Of a DNA stretch of 64,000 nucleotides, positions 24,150 through 36,600 are shown in pieces (the stretch's first letter is position 1; every line of letters begins with the position of its first letter). A model generated the notes under the pieces. That model was given only the letters and a program-made list of their open reading frames with translations, did not search any database and was not told the origin of the DNA. This DNA is from Octopus bimaculoides (lineage: Eukaryota): assembly GCF_001194135.2 (NCBI RefSeq), contig NC_068984.1:59252434-59316433 (forward strand), in the 5' to 3' direction. The translations under genes were made by a program, and so were the position numbers.

Positions 24150-24509
24150 ACATATGACATGCTGGTTTCTTTTGTTTTTATAATCTTCTTTTGATGCCTT
24201 TGTAGCAAGTAGAGAATACTGGTTTCAAATTTTGTCATGAAGCCAACAATTTTGGGGAAGTGGGTAAGTTGTTTGCATCGATCCCAGTGCTTATTTTATC
24301 GATCCTGAAAGGATGAAAGGCAAAGTAGACTTTGGCAAAACTTGAACTCAGAATATAAAGACGGATGAAATACCATTAAGCATTTAGTCCAGCATGCTAA
24401 TGATCCTGCCAGCTCACTAATATATTAAGTTTAACTAATATTCCCTACTTTCAAGCAGAGAATATTAGTGATACTTTACTGTTATTAGAATGTCTAATCT
24501 CTCTTTCAG

Positions 24510-24586
24510 GTATTTGCTGTCCGAGCTGGTGGCACCACTGGTGTGGTGGTCAAGGGCCCTGATGAGAAAAGTAACCTAACATTCCG
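24510..24586 (+). CDS. RMC1: RMC1 exon 2
   Basis: tttcag|VFAVRAGGTTGVVVKGPDEKSNLTF(R)|gtaact; 77 nt, ends in phase 2. Confidence 0.92.
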
Positions 24587-25120
24587 GTAACTTCAGTTTA
24601 CTATTTTTATTTATTTTACAATAGGACTTCGAGTATAAAAAAAAAATTCTTATACAAACATCTTACATGTACAAATAGGAAAATGGTATAAATAATCAAT
24701 TGTACGTCAATGAATATTACACAGTCGCAGAAAAGGTACCATTTAAATGATGGACTACTTTCTGCATGGCTACAGTATAATAATTCTGGTAATATTTTGG
24801 ACTCTGTATATAAAATTGATATTTCAAACTTTTTGTTTAATTCCATGTCAGTCCTTATCAAGCTAAACTGTGATGAAAGATGTTTTTTTTTTTGTTTTTT
24901 TTTGTTTATAAAGAACTTCATTGTTTAACCTTTATTGTACGGGAACTGAGTATTTCAGTTTTGTGCATGTGCACTTGATACACAAGAACTAAGTTAACTC
25001 ATTTTTGATGGTGGGGTACTTAATGGAATTCTCAACATTTCATGACATAGAATGTGTGTTTTATTTTTACTGGCAGAAAGAGGTTGCAAGAACTGATTTG
25101 CCTATAATTAGCATGTTACT

Positions 25121-28100
25121 ATCACCATCATTGTCGTTTAACGTCCGCTTTCCATGCTGGCATGGGTTGGACTGTCTGAGGGCTCCAATCAAATCTGGCA
25201 AAGTTTCTACAGTTGGATGCCCTTCCTAATGCCAACCATTCCAAGTGTATAGTGGGTGCTTTTTATGTGCCACTGGCACAGAAGCTAGTCAGTCGATACT
25301 GGCACCAACCACACTCAAATGGCACTTTTTACGTGCCACCGGCATGGGAGCCAGTCAGACAGCACTGGCAACAATCACGCTCGAATGGTGCTTTTTATGT
25401 GCCATCGGCATGGGTGCCAATCAGGCAGTAGTCATCAGCCACAACAACGACTTCATTTGCCTCAACAGGTCTTCACAAGTGCAGTTTATTGCCCAATGAT
25501 TGAAGGGTACTCTTAAATGGGCTGGTTATGCTGCACTGGCATAGGCCACAGATACAGTCTCACTTGGCTTGCCAGGTCTTATCAATCACAACATATCTCC
25601 AAAGGTCTCGGTCACTTGTCATCGCCTTGGTGAGGCCCAATGTTTAAGGTCATGCTTCTCTACCTCATCCCAGGTCTTCCTCTTCCACAGATTCCCTCTA
25701 CTGCTAGGGTGTGACACTTTTTCACACAGCTGTCCTCATCCATACACGACACATGACCATACCAGCACGGTTGTATCTCTTGTACACCATATGCTTCCTA
25801 TGTACAACTTTCCTTTCAAGGCGCTTATACTCTGTCGTGTATGCACACTGACATTACACATCTAGTGGAGCATACTAGCTTCATTCCTTGCAAGCTTCTG
25901 CATGTCCTCAGCAGTCACGGCCCATGTTTCACTGTCATGTAGCATAGCTGTTAGCACACATGCATCATACAGTCTTACTCTGAGCGAGAGGCCCTTTGTC
26001 ACCAGCAGAGGTAGGAGCTCTCTGAACTTTGTGCAGGCTATTCTTATTCTAGCAGCTACACTCTCAGAGCATCCAGCCCCACTACTGACTTGGTCACCGA
26101 GGTAATGGAAGCTATCAACTACTTGTAGTTTTTCTCCCTGGAATGTGATGGAAGCTGTTTCCTGCACATTTTCAGTGTTTAATGCCCCTAAGCATTTGCC
26201 ACACACAAAAACTTCTTCCCAGTTATCCTTCCTTTGATATTGTTGTACCTCTTACTAGTCCATAGCTTATGCTGTATACATCTTATGGAGTTTCTACCTA
26301 TGCCTTTTCTACAGATCGAGCAAGGCCATCTACCTGAAGGGATTTGTGGTTTGTCTGCCTTCCTACTTATTAAGACTTTGGTTTTTGCTAAGATTGTCTC
26401 TAAGGCCCTTCGATTCTAGACCTTGTTTCCACACCTGAAACTTCTCCTCTAATTCTGATAGTGACTCGGCTATTAGAGCAAGATCATCAGCATGGAGAAG
26501 CTCCCAGGGACATCCTGTCTTGAATTCCTCTGTTATTGCCGGGAGGACTATGATGAATAAGAGGTGGTTGAGGACTGATCCTTGGTGGATCCCTACCCCA
26601 ACCTGGAATTTTTCACTGTTACTTGTTGGCTAAGTATTTCTCCTGCAGCTGTCTTACCAGAAATACAGCATCAGTGGTGCTTTTCTCTGGCACAAACCCA
26701 AACTGCATCTCGTCTAGACTGAGTCTCTCCCTAATTATTTGGGCTATGACCCTCTCCATGACTTTCATTACCTGATCCAACAACTTGATACCTTTACTTT
26801 TGTAGCAGTTGACTATGGTTCTGCTACACCAGTCATTGGGTATGACTCCTTCATGTATCACCTGATTGACTATACAGGTGACTAGACTATAGCCGACACT
26901 GCCAGATATTTTAAGCATCTCTGGAGTGATTCCTGATGGGCAAGTGACTTTCCCTCTCTTCATACCCTTAATTGCTTTATCTACCAAGGTACTGTCAATT
27001 CGGATACCGGGTTCCTCTGTTGGGTCGAAATTCGGCAGACTCTGTTTCTCCGATTCGTTCTCTTCATTTAGCAACCTTTCATAGTGGCATCTCCAAGTCT
27101 CTCTCTTTGCAGCCTCATTAAATGCAAGTGAGCCATCATCCATGCGGGCACATTTCTCTCCTATGACATCACGATTCTCTCTTACACACTATCTTGCAAC
27201 ATGAAACATTTCAAGTCTTTGATCTTCATGACACAGAACATTGGCAAATTTTTTCTTATCTGCTTCCCCTCTGGCTAAGTAAACCTGTCTCCTAGATTCC
27301 TTTCTGGCAATCTGATACAATTCCCTGCTACCACCATTCTTCCAGTCCTTCCATGCCTGTTGTTTTTCCCTAATGCCCCTGTCAACTACATTGTTCCACC
27401 ACCATGTTACTTTGGGTTGAGAGGGGACTTTGCACCATCCACAGATCTGGTCAGTAGCCCTCAACAGGTTGTCCCATAGAAACCTCCAGCTGCCTTCCAC
27501 ATCATGTCATGCTGTATCCCCCCTCTATTTCATCAAAAGCTTCGAGTAGTATGTCTCTAAATCTCTGTCCATTTGCAGGATCCTTAAGCTCCCAGACCCT
27601 TCTTCTGCATGCTGGTCATCTTCTGGGCATCCATTTAGCCCTGATCCTGAAGTCGCTAACTACTAATCTGTGTTCTGGGGTGCATTCTTCAGCTGGGAAG
27701 GTTTTGGCATTTATAAGTAGCCATCTTTCCCGTTTCCTGGCGAGGATGTAGTCAATTTGACTAGTTTGTTCACCAGATCGGTAGGTGAATAGGTGACTGG
27801 TAGGTTTCCTGAAGTTAGTATTACAAACTATAAGATCATTTGCATCGCAGAACTCCAGAAGCCTGGTTCCCTCCTCATTGCAGGAACCAAAACTATAGCC
27901 TCCATGTACACCATGAAATCCCCCTGCATGTTGTCCAACATGTCCATTGAAGTCGCCAGCCAAAAAGAGAAGGTCCCTATCATTCGTCTACTAGGTAGTC
28001 TGCAAGAGGGTGTCATAAAATCAGTCTTTCTGTTTATCAGATAGCCCCGGTTGAGGGGCATAGGCTGAGATAATGGTTGCTAACCCATGTTGCAGCACTA

Positions 28101-28190
28101 ATCTAACTTAAGTATTCTTATCACAGACTCTGATTACCTCGATTACCTTATCAACCCATTTCTCCGCAAGAAGTAAACCCCGACCCCATC
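25121..28190 (-). mobile_element. RTE-clade LINE, 5'-truncated and degenerate, antisense in RMC1 intron 2
   Basis: APE endonuclease remnants (ISAYAPQ, AGDFNGHVG, SQIDYIL, HRLVVSDF) and RT remnants (QFGFVPEKSTTDAVFLVRQLQEKY, LHADDLAL, RLYDACVLTAMLHDSETW), with frameshifts and deletions. The 3' UTR has internal repeats and ends ...GCATGGAAAGCGGACGTTAAA followed by a degenerate (TGA)n tail. Confidence 0.92.
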
Positions 28191-28702
28191 AAATAAGAGT
28201 TAATATGTTCTTTTAAGATGATATAATGTGATTTGAGGGAGATTTGGCAGCAATTTCTTGCAGGCTGAGCACCTGCGTAGTGGTTTCCTCATTCATTCAC
28301 AAGCAATTTTTGTTGTACCCTTTGATAAAGCACATAATCATACTTACCTTAGCAGTAGCAATGAAACAGCCATGAAATCATTTACTCCAAACTGATAAAA
28401 TTAAAACTATTGAATAAATCAATCTTCACTTAAACTCTGTGGAACCTTGAAGCCAAACTTAACTTTGAACATACACATTCACTTTCTTTGCCATCTGAAT
28501 TTACAAAATTTTCTAATTGGAATTTATTGAAAAATGTTTAAAAGTCCATTATATATATNNNNNNNNNNNNNNNNNNNNNNNNNNNNNNNNNNNNNNNNNN
28601 NNNNNNNNNNNNNNNNNNNNNNNNNNNNNNNNNNNNNNNNNNNNNNNNNNNNNGCTTTATTATTGTCATCTCAATTTTTCTATCGTTGCTTATTCTTTTC
28701 AG

Positions 28703-28787
28703 AATGGAAGATAGAGGGGAAGTTATTTCTATCAAATTTTCACCTGACCGAAGAATACTTGGTGTTCAAAGATCTCTCAAGTCTGTC
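28703..28787 (+). CDS. RMC1: RMC1 exon 3
   Basis: ttttcag|(R)MEDRGEVISIKFSPDRRILGVQRSLKSV|gtacgt; 85 nt, restores phase 0. Confidence 0.9.
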
Positions 28788-28988
28788 GTACGTAAGATTT
28801 TTCTTTTGATGATGTTGGTAGTTAGTTGTGACAGAGGTCTGTAGTAACACTTGAACAAGGTCACAATATTGCAGCAGTTCTGTTTCTGCTGCTATTATTT
28901 CAGGGCATCAGATCTTAATGTTTCTACTTTATATCGAATTTAAAGCTGTGGGTAGTGATATTGATAGGATATAAATAAACATATAAAT

Positions 28989-29725
28989 CAGTGGTTCTCA
29001 ACGAGGGTTCACATGGCCATTGGAGACCCATGTATAATTTTGTTGTTAAAATTTATGTACAGTAAACAAAATATTTTAATTTTTTTATGCAGTTCATATT
29101 AATACTTAATTATAAAATTACAGGAGGATTTTTTGATGGAATTCTGCTTTACACACAGTATATAACCACTTAACTTTTTTTTTAATATTTTGGGATTTGT
29201 AGAAAATCTTTGTGGATTTGTGTTCTACACATAAGAAATAATATGACTATGCAAAAACCAAAACAAAAAATATTTTTGTGTGATTTAAGGGGTATTTAGC
29301 TGTTATTTTTAGCACAACTCATGACCACCTCACACTGTCCTTGTTTGTTTGTCACTCTCACATATTAGTGTTTTTCAATATCTTTTGCCCCATAAACACA
29401 TTTAATGGTCTATTGCTGGGATTTAAGCAAAAACTTTGGACTGTCCATATTTTAAACTGTGATTTAAGAAAAAAAATTTCGAAAAATTAAAATTATTTAT
29501 TTTTTTTTTTTTGCATAGTCAAATGATTTCCTGTGTTTAGAATACAAATTTGCAAAAGTTTTCTGCAAATTCCAAAAAGTAAAAAAATTATGAGGGGTTA
29601 TGTGCCATGTGTAAAGAAGAATTTCATTGATCTTTTTTTAATATACATCGAATGGCTATGAAAGTCCAGGAGAGTAAAATAGAAACCAAAGGAGTCTATA
29701 GGCAAAAAATGGTTGAGAACTACTG
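28989..29725. mobile_element. hAT-type MITE, 737 bp, 8-bp TSD
   Basis: TIRs CAGTGGTTCTCAAC / GTTGAGAACTACTG; perfect TSD ATATAAAT (28981-28988, 29726-29733). Confidence 0.88.
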
Positions 29726-30498
29726 ATATAAATGATAAACTGTGTAACAGCAAATTTTATACATCATTGAAAACATTAATTAGCTGGACATTTGACCACA
29801 TGGCTTTATTATAATGGCTATAATAAAATTTTATGTTCTCTGTTGTATTGTCACTGATGCTGGATTATGTCTATAGCCAAGACACTCATGTCTGAATGGT
29901 CAAGTCCATCCAGCCATAAATATCTATCAATAAGTGATATAATTTGTTGCTGCTAGTGTTATCCCTGATTCAGTAGACCTGTGTTCAATGATGCTCCAAA
30001 CCTGAACATCTCATATTTTTATATGTTGAACATTACATTATCCTATGCATCCTTTCTTTCTTTCTTTCTTTCTTTTTTTTAAGACAAGACATGAGAGTGT
30101 GAGTTAAGCAAGATTTGACTACTAATTTTAGCAGATGAAGCAAACATTTAAAGGTTCCCTGAATATTGTTAAAGTGGATGTGTATTTTGTTGATTTTCAG
30201 TGCTGAACTCAATTGCTGCTAGAGGCATAAATTGTTACCCATACCTAAGTTTTAGTTTCAGGACAAGATTTAACTTAATGCTATTGGAAAGTTGAGTATG
30301 TGGGTCTTTATGATTAGAAAAGATTAATCAAAACCCACTGATGTATCTGCCTTTCATGTTCTCATCATCCACACAGAATCTCACCTTGCCCTTATACTAT
30401 ATTTAAAAAAGCCAACAAGGGAACCTCTACACAGTTGCACTCAACCTGCTAGGATTTTTTGTTTCCTTTATATATATCGCTTATAATTTTAATTGCAG

Positions 30499-30561
30499 GA
30501 ATTCCTCAACTTTAGTTCTGATGTTGTTCCTGACAATATGGAGTATTCACAGACCTGTAAG
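30499..30561 (+). CDS. RMC1: RMC1 exon 4
   Basis: ttgcag|EFLNFSSDVVPDNMEYSQTCK|gtaggt; 63 nt. Confidence 0.88.
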
Positions 30562-32321
30562 GTAGGTTTTAATTACATTTTAGTTGTAAACGTCTGATTT
30601 TTTTTTTTTTTTAATGTTGTATGTTGTGAGTGCATGTATTCACTCACATGCACAGGCATGGAAGGCAGATGATCAAGATTCTGTACATCTGACATAGAGT
30701 TCATTACTATGAAATTTGCTGCAGGCATTTTCACAGATTTCATTTCAATCAAGTTATAGAGTGCCTAAAATATTGATGGATTCAGTGTGGACCTGAAGTG
30801 TGTAATTTCTTCTCCAGATCTATGCCTACATTACATTCATCTGAAAAACAGCCTGTGTTGTAACAAAAGATCTCGAACTTATCCTATCTGTCGAAATACA
30901 TTTTCCTACTTGCACTGGAAAATGTCTGCCTATGGAAAAATTTGGATTCAGCACTCACAAAACACTCACTAGCCATACAGTACTCCTACTATTTTCCACT
31001 GGCCCATCATAGACTATCATCATTGAGAAGTAAATGTCTTTGCTAGGGATATACTGTATTGCTGGTGATGGGATTTAAAACAGCCACCCATCACTTATTG
31101 TGTTCTTAGCCCAATATATTTGACCAGAAAATATGTAAATAATGCCTTAAATGGTTTGGTGCTTGTAGTGGTTACTTGTTAAAGCTTGTTAAGAACTCAA
31201 ACCTTTCCTTTTTTTGTAATGGAAAACATATTTATAGGTGAAATAATTCCTTTCTGGAACAATGAAACTTATAGCCAATGAAGCTATGTTGAAGACTGCC
31301 TATGCAACTCAAATGTACTTGTTGTAGAAGAGACAAGTTCAAGTCTCATTGGCAGGTTCGAGTCTCATTCAACATTCTCTACTAAAGGGTTTTTCAGCTT
31401 TGGGTTTCCCTGTTTCAAAAAGGAATTATTTCACATTTTCTCAGTTTCTAAATTCTTATGATGTCAACAGCATATTTATGGGTATTTTTCATTGGTAGTT
31501 ATTTATAATCTCAATATTATAATATATGAAAGTAATCAATTGCTGAACTATGATTATAACCTTGTTATAATTCCCACTTAAGGCAATTTCACATATAGCA
31601 CTAAGCCTTTAGGTTGGAGGTGGAGGGGGTGCTTTCAAGCACACCAACAACTTCATATCTATACAAAATTCATGTAATTATAACAAAAAATTGCTATTCC
31701 TAGTTTCTAGGTGTTGTTTCTCCTTATCTTTTCAATTGTACTCACATCAAAATACCTATTTTGTCTTATAAAATATTATTATCTGGTCTATTACCTGTGT
31801 CTTTCGATCTTTCCACACTCTCTCTCTCTCCTTCCCTCTATAGGCTCAAATCACTAATCTCTTCATATACTATTCAGTAAACTCAAACTGAAGAAAAGGG
31901 ACTAAAAAACTTGCCCATTTGCTTTGTTGCACTCTTCTACCTCATTTACAACTATCCAACATGCTTCTCCTTATTTCTTCTCCAACAAAGGGCCCTGTCT
32001 AGAATGTTTGTATTCACCTACCTAAACAACATACTAACCTATTCTATATTATGAACTCTATCACCAATTAGTTTGGCTAATTTATTTTTAGAGAAAATGG
32101 TTACTGCAAAGAGATGTTTTTTAAAAAAAATGGTGATTACAAAAATTTTCCAGATTTATTTTGCAATTCTAAGAGTTCTCAAACCAGTTCAGTTTATTTG
32201 AATACACATACAAATACAGCAAAAATGTAGAATTCAGTCTAAATTGATGGACCAACAAAAATAAAAGCAATTACAAGTCGTAGGTAACAGATTTCATCAG
32301 TAACTGGCAATATTAAACATA

Positions 32322-32511
32322 CAGTTCTATATTTAAGAAATGAGGAATTATGTACATTATTTACATTTGACGGATATTTGTCCTCATCTTGTTTGTTGTT
32401 AACACAATGTTTCAGCTGATATAACCCTCCAGCCTTCATCAGGTGTCTTGGGGAAATTTCGAACCTGGGTTCTCATTCCTAAGATATTTTTCGATGTTGT
32501 TGTTGTTATTA

Positions 32512-32561
<50 letters not shown>

Positions 32562-32832
32562 GTTATTATAATTCAGGTCACTGCCTGGAATCGAACTCTG
32601 AATCTTGGGGTTAGTAGCCGTGCTCTTAAGCACTATGCCATATGCCCAAGATTCCAAGTTCGATTCCAGGCAGTGACCTGAATAATAATAACAGAAAAAT
32701 AACTTAGGAATGAGAACCCAGGTTCGAAATTTCCCCAAGACACCTGATGGAGGCTGGAAGGTATATCAGCTGAAACGTTGTGTTAACAACAAACAAGATG
32801 AGGACAAATATCCATCAAATGTAAATAATGTA
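32322..32832 (-). mobile_element. Non-autonomous retroelement: tRNA-like head + (AAT)n + hammerhead-like (Penelope-type) tail, head-to-head inverted composite
   Basis: Minus copy 32647->32322 plus an inverted, 5'-truncated copy 32645->32832. Flanked by the 13-bp direct repeat AATATTAAACATA (32309-32321, 32833-32845). Confidence 0.8.
32401..32447 (-). ncRNA. Putative minimal type I hammerhead ribozyme motif (also 32739-32784 +, 47230-47275 +, ~7200-7245 +)
   Basis: GACAC-CUGAUGA-A-GGCUG(loop)CAGCU-GAA-ACAU-U-GUGUU. The consensus of four copies gives stem I GACAC/GUGUU, core CUGAYGA...GAAA, stem II GGCUG/CAGCC and palindromic stem III ACGU. Every individual copy has at least one core or stem lesion. 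Confidence 0.6.
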
Positions 32833-33216
32833 AATATTAAACATATAAAAAAATATCGAAGCAAAGAAATATATTTCAGTAGTAATTACAGTGACATGAT
32901 TACACTGGCAAATAAATATGCAAGCATTGTCGTCGTCATCATCATTTAACATCTTCCTTCCATGCATGTGGATTGGATGGTTTGATAGGAGCTGGAAATC
33001 AAAAAAATGCACCAAGCTCTGCTGTCAGCTATGGTATGGTTTCTACAGATGGATGTCCTTCCTAATGCCAAACACTTTACAGAGTGTACTGGGTACTTTT
33101 TACATGGCACCAGCACCAGTGAGGTCACCAAGTAACTCGCAAGACAAAGACCCCTTGATTGAGTGGGGAGTAATATTGAGGGAAGTGGTTTTATGCCAAG
33201 TGGTGAGGGGTTAGAG

Positions 33217-33510
33217 CAGTGGTTCTCAACCAGGGTCCATATGCCCCCTCAGGTTCCATTTAAGACTTTTGGGGGGGATCCACAGTTATTTATTAAGGGT
33301 CCATGAAAAAGTTTTACTTTAGATGTATTTATTGCAAGAAACAGCTAGGTTTCTTTTTCTAACATTTTACATGTTTCAATCTTCATTAATATGTGAAAAA
33401 CAAAAGAGGAATTTTGAACTAGTTTATAAACATCGATTGACTATGGGGGTCCACCAGAATAAGATAGTAATCAAAGGGGTCATTAGGCAAAAAATGGCTG
33501 TGAACCACTG
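33217..33510. mobile_element. hAT-type MITE, 294 bp, 8-bp TSD
   Basis: TIRs CAGTGGTTC / GAACCACTG; perfect TSD GGTTAGAG (33209-33216, 33511-33518). It interrupts an RTE-tail repeat. Confidence 0.88.
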
Positions 33511-35479
33511 GGTTAGAGTATGAATAGAGGGACAGAAACAGACATCTTGCAGTAAAGGAGATACATGACCATCTCAGATGGAGAGAGAGAGGAAAGAAAT
33601 ATGGTGGAAATGTAATGGGAGATTACATTTTACTCAAGTTACAGAGAAATATATATAAATGAAGTGAAAGCAAGGATTGCATATTGTGTGGGTGTACATT
33701 TAAGTTGTGTTTGTGTTTAAAGCAATTTGTATTAACACAAGCTTGGTTGTGTAGTTAAGAAATTTGCTTCACAAGTATGTAGCTTCAGGTTTATTTCACT
33801 GCATGATACCTTGAACGAAGAGCTACTACAATAACCTTAGGTCAACCAACAAATTGTCAATGGGCTTTAGCAGATGAAAAACAGTCAGAAGCTTCTTGGA
33901 GGAACCATTTCTATTATTAATGGCAGACATAATCCATCTCTTGGTTTAACACCACCACCTGACCTTTGGTGTCTCTTATAAAGAATAATCTTTTGCAAGC
34001 ATTGGTCAGGTCTCCAATCTGAGGATAGCTTCCTTTGACTAGTCTCAGAGTTCATAAAACATGTCATGGGTGTTGCTCTTTCTTCCTCTGATGAAGCTGT
34101 TTAAAAGAAAACTTTTTTTTCTGAACCTGTATCACTGTTCTTTTGCTCAGTAAGGCTTACTAACTTTCTGATCAACCCACTATGCTTCTCTGTAGCTTAT
34201 TTCAATAAATGGTTTCAACAAGATTTTAAAAAACACTATTACTTACTGTAAATTTGTTTAATATTCTTCTTGCTAAGTGATCATATCAAATACTTACTTT
34301 AAACAACCTCATAAAAACAGTATTAGTTCAAGGCTAGTCTACTACTTTTCAGAGTTATAGACTCATTATATCTGCTTAGGATCTATCTGTACAGTAATTA
34401 GATTGTTGTAGTTGTGGAAGTATATTTAATGGACAGAACATTAAAAGACCAATTTATATTCAGATATCTATATATATATTTTATAACATATTATTATTAA
34501 TATCAGGAAATCAATATTAGAAAATTCATCGGAAAGATATATACATGTGTAGAATAATTGTTGCATTAAAACTATATGTAAAAATATATGAAAATATGTA
34601 TAAGTATAAATATATAATATAATCATAATAAATGTCAGATTAAAAATTTTGAATTAAGTTTTAATTTTTATGATCGTTTCACAAAAGCGCTGTCCTAATA
34701 ATGGAATCCTATATTGATAAGCATTTATAGACAACTCTTCTGCTCTTCAGAGATATAAAATTTTGAATTTGTATAATTTATCGAATGGTATTTTTTTTTT
34801 TTTAAATATGAAGTAATATTATAAAAAGGTGTTTGCTTGAAATATAAATCAAACATTAAAAATTACTGCTTTGCATTAACTAAAGATTTATTCAGATATC
34901 TAGTGAAAGAAAATTAATATATTAATATCTTCTGCTGTTGAGTCTTCAACAAAAAGCAAAATTTGTCTGGAGTTCTTCCCAATACCTTTCAATGAAAAAA
35001 TTAATCATTCAGTGGTATTGTTCCTTTTACAACATATCTGAATATACTGTTTTTTTTACTATTCTAATCGTTATGTGTTTTTATTCATAACTATATTGTT
35101 TTCAAAAATCCCAAGCATATATGAATGTAAGGAAATAGTCTCCCAAATTTGTGGTTTTCCAAATATGATCTTACTAGGATCTGTCTTTCTCTCTTTCCTA
35201 TCTCTATATACACAATACTCCAACTCATGCAAGGTGTTATATTTGGAAAGAATACATGTTAACAAATCTTTCAAAACTTGCTTGACTACTAAAAGGATTG
35301 TCATCATCACATGCAGTAAAATAAGAACCATGTATAAGGAAAACAATGATCTGAATAATACATGTTACTTTGTAGTAGAACGTGACTACAAAACGTTCTC
35401 ACGCATTTGCTTCATACTGTATTTCACAAAATGCACTGAACCGCAAAAGAAACATGAGTTGTGTGTGACTATGAAATAT

Positions 35480-36600
35480 GTTTTAATTTCATTATGTTAG
35501 AGATAAATTTTGATAATTCTGATAAAGTCAATTTCTTGGATGCACTTTGACCACAGTCTGAGTTGTCGTGTTCTGGTAGTGGGCAGATCCAGCTCATCGA
35601 GATTGTAGGGCATGACATGTTCAATACCGTGTATGCCTTCCCTGAGCATTCAAAACAGCCATACACCATTGGTACATGGGAGTGCATTAGGTGGTTCACA
35701 AAAGCCATTGACCCCTGTGCCCACACCTTGAGGAAAGCTGCCTCCAGTTACACACGAGTTGTCAGCCTTGGGACCACCTGGTTCAGCCGTCTCTGGATTT
35801 CGTCTGTATTCAAATCTAGGCTGAGAGCTGGCCACAGCATGGTTCCAATGTTGTGCTGATGTCGGAAGTCCATAGTGACCCTGACCATGTGGAATGGAGT
35901 ATTGTCCTACTGGAACATGTGGCTATGGTGATGCGCGAAGAGTGGTACGGTGAGGTCTTAGGATCTGGTCAACGCTGCGCTGTGATGCCATTCTCTCTGC
36001 CTGCACCAACATTTTGGAACACATGGGGCCCAATTCTCTGATTCAGGCCTATAGCACCCCAAAGCATGATGCTTTGGCCACCCTATGCATCTCTCTCCAT
36101 GACACCTGTATCTCTGTAGTGTTCATCTCCCCTACACCACACTCTCACTCTGCCACCCAAGTTCCGGCTCTCATCAGAGAAGACTATCAACCTCTGTTGT
36201 TGATGCCACCAATGTCAGTGTTGTGTACACACTGTAGTTGTGGCAGGTGGTAGGACAGGCTCTTGAGCAGGATGACAACAATGCAGGTTGTTGGCAGCCA
36301 GTCGACACCGTACCGTGTCATCACTGATGGGTCAATGGTCTTGCAAGTTGTCACACTGGCCAGTTCAGAAGCCCATCATGTGTGTTGGGGCAGAGTGCAT
36401 GTATGTGTGTTGGGAGCAGGGTGCATGTGTATGTGTGTGTATGAAAAAGCAATCTGATAAACTGGTGTGTCAAACAGAGGTATTTTGTTGTATTTATTCC
36501 ACCAAGTTGTTTAGACACCTCTTTGCTATTTTTGCCATTGAAAATACAGTAAACACGCTTTCATACAATGATGAGAGCAATTTACATGGGGTAACTTTAC
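35480..36600 (-). mobile_element. Tc1-like (DD34E) transposase relic
   Basis: Minus-strand remnants: IVFSDES..GRVRVW..G..SIMLWGAIG, and QDNTPFHMVRVTMDF..WPALSLDLN (QDNARPH...WPAxSPDLNPIE-like). Boundaries approximate. Confidence 0.75.

Noticed and set aside
28788-28797. Alternative donor cgtaag 4 nt downstream of the exon 3 donor
   Set aside because: It would shift the frame relative to exon 4; the phase-0 donor at 28788 keeps the ORF.
32574-32647. Possible tRNA gene (ACT anticodon-like loop); also 47057-47130
   Set aside because: The acceptor and T stems do not pair properly, there is no oligo-T terminator, and it is fused to repeat sequence. Treated as a SINE head.
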